Positions 36,214 to 46,019 of a stretch of DNA of 46,019 bases are shown here, in pieces. Origin of the DNA: Catajapyx aquilonaris (taxonomy: Eukaryota). Under the pieces are notes generated by a model that searched no databases, had not been told where the DNA came from, and saw only the letters and a list, made by a program, of their open reading frames with translations. The stretch spans positions 124,001 through 170,019 of the forward strand of contig KZ538017.1 in NCBI GenBank assembly GCA_000934665.2. Reading direction: 5' to 3'. How positions within the stretch are numbered: the first letter of the stretch is position 1; every line of letters starts with the position of its first letter. Both the position numbers and the translations under genes were made by a program.

Positions 36214-36384
36214 TTCATTTCGCCATTTCCGCACGTGTGTTTTTTCCCTTTCGCATGAAATTCGCCAATCTTTTCCGCATACTCCGGCTATCAGGCGGCT
36301 TGACCTGCAGATAAGGGTGCACTGTGCAGACAGGGTCCCTCACATCCTACAGACCGGCTGAACCGACAACAATCGGCAGCAACA

Positions 36385-37971
36385 ATGCCTTTCCAGTGCC
36401 AGGTGGACAGCTACCAGAAGGAGGTATATGTCAACAATGTGACTTTATTGCATCAGACTGTACGTGTGACCTGTTTCAGTTTGAGAGCACGGTGCTGAGC
36501 TGTACCCCTGCTGCCAAGGATGGGTACGAGGTCATCCTGGACGACACCATCCTCTTCCCTGAAGGAGGCGGACAGGTTAGTCGCAATCCGCTCACTTTGT
36601 TTACAAAAGGCTACAGTTCAGTTTCAAACTAGCCGGACGACCGAGGCACGCTGGATGAGGTGGAGGTGCTGCGGGTGAGTCGACGGGGCATCCAGGCCGT
36701 CCATTTGACTCCGACGCCGCTTCAGGTTGGCACAAAAGTCAGGCAGAAGGTGGACTGGACACGCAGGTTCGACCACATGCAGCAGCACTCCGGTCAGCAC
36801 CTGATCTGCGCTGTGGCCAAGACGCTGTATGGGTTCGAGACAACGTCCTGGTGGCTTGGCGACCAGATCTCCTTCAACGAGTTCGGTCAGTTTGTGTACA
36901 ATGCGATTGTACGTTACATAACGTGTTGTTTGCTGGCAGACACGCAGTCCATAACGACGGAGCAGATGGATGAGATTGAGCGGATCTGCAACGAGAGGAT
37001 CCGTGATGCTGTGCCTGTCCGGGTTGACCTGTACCAGCCAGACGACCCCAAGCTGGCCGGAAAGGACGTCGAGGGCATACCGGAGGAGCTGAGGAGCCAG
37101 CCGGTCAGGATAGTGACCATCCAGGGAGTGGACGAGGACAGATGCTGCGGGACGCACGTGGCCAACCTGTCCCATCTGCAGGCCGTGAAGGTCATCCGCT
37201 GCGAGAAGGGCAAGAAGGGGAAGACCAACCTCTTCTTCCTGGTGGGCGGACGGGTCATATCGCAACTGACGCAGTGTCTCGACAGGGAGAAGAAGCTGAC
37301 CGAGCTGCTCAAGTAATGCTGCGCTTAATGTTGGTTTGTACGATGTAATAACCTGTATTTCAATTGGGCAGGAATGGACCGGCTGACCACATCGGATTGG
37401 TCACTAAGCTGCAGAAGACTCTGAAGCTCAGCCAGAAGGTGAGTGTTCCGCAAGATCTGTTTGCAATGACTCAAAATGTGTATGTTGCAGAATTTGACTA
37501 CGGCTTTGCGGGACGTGGCGACACTGGAGGCTAAGCGCTTCAAGGAGCTGAATCCGCGACCTCGTTACTTCAGCCTCCACCGTAAGGATGCTGAATCGGA
37601 CTTTATCAACGTCGTGATATCGGAGATAGCCGACCAGGTTAGCCCCGAGTTACATGCAATCTTTTCATGTCAATATATGATGCTGTTACTTCCAGTCTGT
37701 TCTTCTGTTCTTGACCACTGGTGAGGACAAAGGTGCAGGGCAGATGACCCTCTGTGGACCGCTTGAGGTGGTGCAAGAATTGGGACCAAAGTGAGTATTA
37801 ACGTTGCGAATACAGCGTATGACTGTCCTAAAACGATGCGTTGCCTGCAGAGTATGCGAGTTGCTCGGAGGCAAAGGAGCCGGAAAAGGCGGACGGTTCA
37901 GCGCGAAGGTGACCAATCTGGGGAAGCGGTCTGAGGCGGAGAAGCTAGTCGCAGCGGCCGTATCATCCTAA
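36385..37971 (+). CDS. AARSD1: Alanyl-tRNA editing protein AlaXp
   Basis: Exons 36385-36423, 36480-36575, 36633-36885, 36940-37312, 37372-37438, 37491-37637, 37696-37790 and 37851-37971. Motifs FQCQVDSY, DTILFPEGGGQPDD, RRFDHMQQHSGQHL (HxxxH), CCGTHV (CxxxH), GGKGAGKGGRF. Confidence 0.95.
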
Positions 37972-38238
37972 CAAGTGCTACGAAAAGTATTATGTGAACG
38001 AAACCCAGTCGACGCAATGTGATAAATAATCCGTCATCTCTTAGAATCTTTTGATTGTTAATTTTTCAGCTACTGTGCACATTCACATAATGTTTGTGCG
38101 ACCACGGTCAATTTATTTTCCAAAGCAACAACAATATATTATACATCGAAGCAAAAAAGCAACAATTATTAAGGCAGTCTGGCAACAATAACACAGAATT
38201 ATTTTGTACGTTGAATCACTCGTGTGGTGTTTGGGTGC

Positions 38239-39181
38239 CTATTTTTTGTAGTTTGGTCTCGGGGTGGTGGAGAACGGTCCTTGGGGGTACTCCGCGACAG
38301 GTACTGGGTTGCCCCAGTGGTCGATGAATGGCGAGACGTGAAGGTTGGCGTTGAGGCTGTAGAACTGGGGCGACTCTGCGCAGTCCACGGTGGGTGCCCA
38401 CATGCACGTGAAGTAGTACTGGCTGAACACGGTCATGTTGGGACACACGTGCTTCCCTGCGATGCCACGCTCCTGGTCGCAATGATGCACCACCTGATGA
38501 CCAGAAGCAAAAGCGCTTATTATGACCTTGCCCTTTCCCCGACCCAAACACTAATTAGAAAAGCTGGCAATAAACCCCCCCAGAACCAGGATGTGTACAA
38601 CAAATTTTTTTTTTCTCCCCAACATGCGTACTTGTAAGTTATGCAGCATTCCTGGCGAAAGTACTTCCAAGGTCATGCTTGACCTCGAGAGAATTTTTTG
38701 CCCCCTTTTTAATGTGCCAAGGTGTGCATCCCGTACATCGTGACCAGACCAATGTCGTCGTTTGTCACCCACCGAACCAGGATGTCCTAGTCCGCGGTCA
38801 CTCCCAAGGCTGATTGTCCGCTCTAGCAACCACTTGTTAAAAGTGGTTGCTTATTGGGTTGACAATCCGTACCTGGCATTGCAGCTCAGTGTCTGCGTAG
38901 AATCCCGGCAGCTGCTGGTCCTCGCACTTGAAGGATGACTCCGGGAGGTCCTGCGGGTTGAGCTGCGGGAAGTCAATGTTCCCTTCCAGCATCCCTATGA
39001 TTGCGTCTGCCAGCTGCTCCACATCGGTCCACTCGGCCACCTTCACCTGTCTCTTTGCCTTATTTTGAAGAAAGAAAAAAATTAGTGTTAAAAAGGTCAG
39101 AGGTCGCAGGTCACTTACAATGCTTTTGGCTGAAGCGAAGCAGACCACGCAGGCCAGAAGGACCAACAATAATGTCTTCAT
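38239..39181 (-). CDS. Secreted protein with one chitin-binding type-2 (peritrophin-A/CBM14) domain, ~167 aa
   Basis: Exons 39181-39119, 39058-38873 and 38493-38239. Signal peptide MKTLLLVLLACVVCFASA. Domain SSFKC..QLPGFYADTELQCQVVHHC...CPNMTVFSQYYFTCMW...VDC..SPQFYSLN. Confidence 0.9.
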
Positions 39182-39251
39182 TGTTATAATATGATAGTTG
39201 TAGCAATGCTTGCAAGATCCTGTCTGCAGTGCAGCAGAACAGGTACTCTGC

Positions 39252-39259
39252 CTTTTATA
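39252..39259 (-). promoter_or_regulatory. TATA box of the chitin-binding protein gene
   Basis: TATAAAAG on the minus strand ~70 bp upstream of the ATG. Confidence 0.6.
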
Positions 39260-40705
39260 CCCTCATCAGGGTACGTAACATGTACATGTGCGCGTAATGC
39301 AGTACCTGTTGGCCCCATGCTGAGATCATGCCAAGGTCGCCTGGCTGTGGCCTCTCTTATTCTTTTTCTAAGTAAGATCTACTGTACATGTGATGATGAG
39401 CGTCATGCTTCGGTTGCGCTGTTGTTTTTCCCGCCCCTCATCAGCAATTACGATGCAATAATTGCACCGCTAATTGAACACGCCCGGATATATTATCAAG
39501 TGCAATTAATTAACAGCACGTGCATGCTGCAGGTTGATCGAAAGATGGAAATTCCGATGAGGTCAATAAATGTCAGTTATTGCGTCACCAATTCGTGACA
39601 TTATATATGTGACACGAGGATTACTTGATGGGAAAATCCCGACAAACCCATGCCTATTACGTCTGCAACAATAGGCGCGACAACAATCGGCTGGTTTAAT
39701 AACCCTTATTATTGATGCTGCTGATCATGTGCGGCCATCACACGCGAAACATGCGCAGGAAAAGAAATTCCGCGCGCTGTTTTCTGAATAGTTTGCGTTT
39801 AAAAAGTGAAAAATGTGCCAAAATAATTATTGCGAAATAATTACGCAAAAAATATCAATTATTATGACTAACATCCGCGGTTGATGTTTCTCGCAATAAT
39901 AATAAGCGACAGCTGCCAGAAATAAGTGACGGATCACTTTGGCTGAAGTTCTAGGAATGTATATGCTAATTCACCCTTTTCCTTCTTTTCATCGAGCTGT
40001 TTTGCAATAAATTTCTGCAGTACGCGCGGTATACCTATAATGGCAAAGATCCTGTTTTGCGTGACTGCAAACCGCCGGCTATGTTGCTCGCTCATCCGCC
40101 AAAACGAAAAAGTTGCGCAAACAAAACGTGGATGTGGAAAAAAAAAAAATCACTGTATATCATTTATTAAGACGGGGAAAAAAAAATTTGCGTGCGAAAT
40201 CGCGTCTTGAAATCGGTGCAATTAAAACGATACATTACACGGTACGCTGCACTTTTCTATTTGCATGGCATCTACTCCCTGCGCAATCAGTTACATCTCC
40301 CTATAGTTCCAATCCTTTAATTGCATTTAAATTTCATACATTTCAAATAAAAAAACGCGCCAACCTTGATGACGTCATCCGCTGACGTCATCCCTCAAAG
40401 CAACTGCTATGCGAAAGTAAGCCGCTTCCTTCCTCGTGGAATAAGCTGCTAATTCCGCCCCCAGCTGCTGTGCTATTCTTTCGGGGCTCCGTGTATGGCG
40501 TCGTCGTCGTACCCGTACCGAACGTCGTGAACACTCTCTCGTCGGGGTCACACGGCAGCGCAACCCGTACCTTTGGGGTCACCGTCGTCGTCGGGTGCAC
40601 CACATGTAAGTACATCTACACGCACTGAGCATATTTTGGTCATGTCGTATGTTGACCGCCGTACCCTCCTCCTGTTCCATATAGTGTCCACCAGCAGAAG
40701 GAAAG

Positions 40706-40972
40706 ATGTACTGCCTCCAGTGGCTGATCCCCGTCCTGCTGATCCCGAAGCCGGTGAACCCGGCCCTGCTGCACAACCACGTCATGTTCATGGCCCTCTA
40801 CCTGGCCGGGTTCTTCCTGGAGAGGAAGCCCTGCACCATCTGCAGCCTCGTCTTCCTGGCCGCACTCCTGCTCATCTGCTACTCCGGGCTGGGGAACTGC
40901 CTCTTCTCATCCGACTGCGCAGGAGGGGAGGCGCAGCACGGGGAGACCCACGCGCTCACATGCCACGCATGA
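40706..40972 (+). CDS. BLCAP: Bladder cancer-associated protein (BC10) homologue, 88 aa
   Basis: [20 protein letters not shown]...[31 protein letters not shown]. Single coding exon after a 5' UTR intron (40606 to ~40697). Twin TGACGTCA sites at ~40370-40390. Confidence 0.95.
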   Translation: MYCLQWLIPVLLIPKPVNPALLHNHVMFMALYLAGFFLERKPCTICSLVFLAALLLICYSGLGNCLFSSDCAGGEAQHGETHALTCHA

Positions 40973-41617
40973 TGATCAGACAAGCACGCGCACTTCTTCA
41001 TGCCCATGATCTCACAAAAAGTGCAATGGTGTTTGGACAGTGGCAGCGATTGTAAAAAAACCATTGTGATATTGTGCAAGCCCACTTTGTCAGCAAAGGG
41101 ATGCATAAAAATGTGTGTAAACTGACCGTGCCGCACTTGGGATGATGCCCAGGGACAAGTGGTGTCACGGTCAGGTCTTAATCCGTATGTAATAAAATAT
41201 TGTGAGTCACACCTACTGCAGGTATTATTGCCGGATCATGTTGTTCGAACCTGTCGTGAAGCTGCGTTTACAAGCGAAAGTAATATGTTCAACCCAAACA
41301 AATTGGTCTCATCGCTCAGCCATGGACATGTGAACGCTGCTCAACACGTCAGTTTATTCTCATTGACGACACCTTGAGAGGATGGGAGAGTTGTCATACG
41401 CTGTCATTGCTTAGAATTCTAGCGCTCTAGTGCCTGATTGTGCCAACCGAAATCACGATCCGATAGCTCCTAATGGATTGCTGGGAGACCTTTTAACGTG
41501 TGCTAACGATCTGTTAGAAGCTATCGAATAGGTAATTTTGTTGGTGCAATTGGGCATAGGTATGATGTTTAAATGACCTTCAGGAGCAAGCGTGTGCCTA
41601 CATTTTCACAGCAATAG

Positions 41618-42870
41618 CAATGTGGGTTAATTTTGTGGTAGGATGTGTTTCAATAGCACCACAGCCGTTCATGTGGAGGAGTCCTTGCGGAAGAAGCAGA
41701 CGTAGGGCCCCATGTAGGCCATGTTGCGAATTCCTCCAGGTGGTTAGCCTCGTGGAATCCCACCTCAATCCGAAGCCGCGGAGATGAACCAACTCCTCAC
41801 GAGATGAAAGGAAGGAAGATTCAACGACCCTTTCTTCTGTATAGGCATGCCCCTCACCTAATTGTGTGCTTGAATTATATTCTATACTGGCGACAAATAA
41901 TAATAAAGCGATCGTGGAATGAAATGTCCACAGTCAGACCGAGCGATTATTATTATTATTATTAGAATATTAAGATTATTATATTTTGCGATACTTGCAG
42001 GACTCGTTAGCTGCTATTATTGCCTCTCTCTGGGAACTACTATTGAAAAGTAGTTGTAAAATATCAGGCAGATTCTTACATTGCTGTTACAATGCTGAAG
42101 CCAATCATTTAGACGTCTGGATAATTTTACACTCTGACTAATTATTACACTGCTAATATTGCGTGGCTTGAAATTACTGCGTGGTGCATGATTTATATTC
42201 TGTAGAGTGGGCCAAGAGAAGATTACATGGTGAGCACTAGTATTTTTTTAACATTTCTTACTCCTATTATTGGAGTGTGGACTTGAGCTGATCTGTATGG
42301 GGAATACTTCCTCGCAGGGGCCAGACTTCGTGCAGTAATCTTCATGTACTTACTGAAGTATTATTTCCACATCTTTCAGATTAATGCGACTATACCCGAT
42401 GACGACAATCTCCATGCGGTGGGGGGCGAATGGTAACATCAAGCTTGTTCGCAATTTAATTTAATTCTAATGTGGGTTAATTTGGTGTAATGTGTTTCAA
42501 TAGCACCGCGCAGCTGCTGTTTCGGAGGCTCTGGTGGAGGAGCCATTGAAAAAGAAGAAGCAGACGGAGTGTGAAGGCCTGGTGCTCGCCATCCAAGTAC
42601 AGTGTGTCCCATATATGCCATGGATGGAGCAACACTAGAGAATGTTACACAGTCATGATGCTCTATTCGATGTTACAGGGACTGGGAAGGTGCAACGTCA
42701 TATGTAGGGCATTTTGTGAGTTCCTCGCGGTGGTTAGCCTCATGGAATCCCACCCAAGACGAAGCCGGAGATGACCCAACTACTCCTCGCAAGATGAAAG
42801 GAAGGATGGGATTGGTCCAACGACCCTTCCCTCTGTATATGTAGCCATGCCCCTCACCTGATTCTGTGCA
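41618..42870. repeat. Diverged direct duplication (~41618-41870 vs ~42468-42870)
   Basis: Shared TGGGTTAATTT, TGTGTTTCAATAGCACC, GAAGAAGCAGACG, GGTGGTTAGCCTC.TGGAATCCCACC, GAAGCCG..GGAGATGA, AGATGAAAGGAAGGA, CAACGACCCTT and CATGCCC.TCACCT. Confidence 0.8.
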
Positions 42871-42957
42871 CACGTTAAATGGTTGCATTAAATTAAACAT
42901 CATTAAATCGGATTGCTTCACAATACTTCCTCTCCCTGAATTTATATAGGTCTCCTG

Positions 42958-44560
42958 TAATGGCAATGTCAAGCGATGCATTTGGCTGACAGTCTTCCTA
43001 AACGAAGTGAGATTCTCAATGCTGGGAAATTAATTTCGAGTCGCAGAGAACAACTTTCAAGGTAACTCGAATGTTTTGAGGTAAACTGATAAATAAAGTG
43101 GCTGCAGGCGACTCTGATCATTCTGCATTTTCAGGTATTCAAATGTGATCCTCTCCTGCAACAATTAATAGACGACTTCTGGAAGGAGACCCACTATTCT
43201 TTTTTTTTCATCCTCTGATGAACCTGCCGAACGACGCGACGACGACAATGACGAAGATCATGTCTGCGCTTCAAGTGTGTATAACTCGAATCACCGTTGA
43301 AATAATCCTGAATCAATTGCGGGCATTCAATGTAGTTAATAACCTACAAAAATCCATTTGTTGTAGTCTGGTATAAAGCAGACTGTACAATAACATCTTT
43401 GGGCAGAACAAGAGTGTAGGAGCACAAGGGAGGCCTCTCTTCACTTCAGTCGAAATGCTGAAATAGGATTGGCTGATGGAACATCCTTGGTACCAACCAA
43501 TTCATTGGTGATCATGTCGAATGTGCATCACATCTGAATAACAACAAAAAAAAAATATGAATTATTTCTATTGCTGTCAAAATTGGAAAGCATGAAAATA
43601 ATGACGTCGTCCCTCGTCCGACGATCTATTTTCACGGGGGAAAGAAGGAGAATAAGTGAATCAGCAGCACATACGCAGTAGTATAATACATATGTTGCAA
43701 GCACCTGCCTTTTTCCTTTTGTTCCATATGAGGCCTGCTGGTTGCAGACGTATTTATATCAGAACGCCAATGTCACTGTCAAGCAAAGCATTTGGCTGGC
43801 AGTCTCACTAAACGAAATGAGAATCTTAATGCTGATGATGGAAAATTAATGTCAAGGCCCGGAACAATAATTTTCAAGATTACTCGAGGTGGGGTATTTC
43901 TTTAGACCCAAAGAAATAAAATGTCCTGCATCAGGCTGCTATAGTATACTGCAGATGATGTGATGATGATCACATGTCATAGGTCACGCGAATGGCATTA
44001 TTGGGGTATAGCTTGAACCCATCCCATTGTCTCGACACTGACATATGAGCACAACCTATATACAGTGCCTTGTCTGCTGCAATGTGGAGGAGAAGCAGCG
44101 GGCAGCTCACAGTCAGGTGCACACGTCCCATTCATCTCATCGCGGCAATGCTGCCTTTCGAGTGTCCATTCAGACATCGCATCGTTAGGATGAGACCGCA
44201 GTTGTTGAGTCGCGACCAGCATGACAGTGGTCGTCGAAAGGAGACGGAGGGTATAGAGTCATCAACGACAATGCCGGCGACTTATTGTCTCGGCTGATGG
44301 CACATCCTGCACTTCTTCACACCAATGATCATCCTACCGAATTTGCACCACAACATACTGATGAGAATCGGAGAAATAGTGAAGTTCAACAACCTGTTGC
44401 GAGTTATTTGCATGGAATTAAGGAGTCGGAAATTTGCTCACCGAGTAAAAGAGAAGTGAATCAGCACGCATCTGTTTGGCGGAGCATCTGTCGATTCCTT
44501 TTGTTCCCTTTCAAGGGATGTGTACATGCCATCGAGGCAGACGTCATTATTTCACAACGC
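42958..44560. repeat. Patchwork of diverged duplicated blocks upstream of the cysteine-rich gene
   Basis: ~42960-43080 resembles ~43770-43890 (TGTCAAGC..GCATTTGGCTG.CAGTCT..CTAAACGAA.TGAGA). ~43655-43768 resembles ~44455-44560 (AAGTGAATCAGCA, TTCCTTTTGTTCC, GCAGACGT). ~43110-43258 resembles ~44640-44747. Confidence 0.7.
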
Positions 44561-44736
44561 AAAAAAGAGCTTTAGGCTCCCCGCTCTGGAACGTGGCACC
44601 TTCACAGCACCCTCGCACTCATCACTGCATCATCTGACTCGAGTCTGATCGGACGCATCGCAACACCTCTCCTGCAACAATCAATCCACTTGCTCCTTTT
44701 CTTCGATTAACCATCGCCTGAACCTTCGGAACGACC

Positions 44737-45296
44737 ATGACGAAGAACTTCCCTCTCTGCTTGACCTGGATGACCATCGCGGCCGTCTCCTTCTTCCTGG
44801 GAATGGAGACTGATGTTGATGCCCAAGAGTGTGGATCAGGCTTTCCCGATTTTCTGATAAACATTTTAGATTCCAGTAAGTATAACAATAGTGTCCAACC
44901 TCCGAGATTTGCGGGGGCGTATGTAGATCCACTCTGCTCCACACTCCATCATGTTTTGTTGAGCAGAGATATGATTGAAGGAACTCCTTGTGCAATGGCA
45001 CCTAATAACATGCCACGGGAAAAGTCGGGTCTGGTAACTTGGACCCTTCCTATAGAAGCATTTCTCCGCATTTCTCGTCCCCATTTTGTGCAGGATCAGA
45101 CACTGGGACATGTGGTGATGGCCCCTTCTTTTCGCGCCTCTCCTTCACAGATCAATGCATGACTCGGTGCATTTGCAACTGTACCGAGACGATGGGCTGC
45201 CCTGGTCCATTTGATGCTCCGAGTGATTACTGTTGCCTATTTAATTGCCACGTGTCATGTGGGGCGCAGTGCAAAGTATGCGACGCACTACCATAA
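44737..45296 (+). CDS. Putative secreted cysteine-rich protein, 113 aa, no family recognised
   Basis: ACCATG start. Exon 1 44737-44875 (A|GTAAGT) and exon 2 45094-45296 (TTTTGTGCAG|GA) join in phase 1. Hydrophobic N-terminus ending ...DVDA-QEC; 13 Cys after it; AATAAA at ~45467. Confidence 0.72.
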
Positions 45297-46019
45297 CTGC
45301 GAGCATCGGAATGAGCTTCGGATGGAGTGACCACGATCAGGCGATCATGGCACAGCACCCTTGTCTACTGTATACACTCCCCACCAACCACCACCGCACC
45401 GTCCGATGATTCTCTTTTCGTTGTGTTTGCACAGCAATGTACGTAGCATCATCATGCAATATGTGAAATAAAGTCTACTGATGCTTGCAACTGACCTCAC
45501 CCGTTGTTTTCTTATATATATATATAAGGCGAAACGTTAAATTTAGATTCGGACCACGACTCGTTTCCCTTGCAGTTCAGGCCGGTTATTGTCCTCTCTC
45601 CGTGTTGGCGCCACTTTTCTCGGGGGTTGTATAGCTCCCACCCTGAAAGCAAAGGCCTGAAACTCACAACGAGTCACAACGATCATATTGTCACATTCTG
45701 GTCAAAATTAATGAAGTCATTGGTTAGTCTACGATGATCACTTTCTAGATGGATGGCCAAGCCAGATTGCGATTGAGAAATTTGCGAAAAGATATTCACG
45801 CCGCAAGACTTATATATGGGGTATATATGAGGGTGTATTTAGTGCAGCCGTACAGCTGGGGTTGGTTGCAGGTTTATAGGTGCATTTGGGATGACCAGAG
45901 ACAACCAATGGAATAAGGCAAGAGTAGTAGGTAAAGTGCGGCTTAAGAGACAATGGATCATCAATCACTCGTTGACAGCTCACTTCCGGTCTAATCCATT
46001 GTTCTCGAACACCTGCTTC

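Overview
Gene-dense eukaryotic genomic DNA, most likely from an arthropod. The evidence is a trissin-receptor-like GPCR, a chitin-binding type-2 protein, DRE promoter elements and mostly ~50-60 nt GT-AG introns. I could build spliced models by hand for a trissin-receptor-like GPCR (+), alanine aminotransferase (ALT, +), an F-box/LRR gene (+), two trimethylguanosine synthase TGS1 paralogues (+), a sushi/C-type-lectin membrane protein (-), TMEM64 (-), AGXT2 (-), ENTR1/SDCCAG3 (+), tRNA-Asp(GTC) (-), a divergent CENP-N (+), AARSD1 (+), a chitin-binding protein (-), BLCAP (+) and an unrecognised secreted cysteine-rich protein (+). The most unusual region is 15.5-24.2 kb, a tandem-duplication patchwork. 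One ~250-280 bp promoter cassette occurs three times, in front of full-length TGS1, an N-terminally truncated TGS1 with altered cap-pocket residues, and an unrelated F-box/LRR gene. Beside these lie a TGS1::F-box chimeric pseudogene and copied non-coding pieces of the ALT gene. All family assignments come from motif recognition by eye; no database searches were run.
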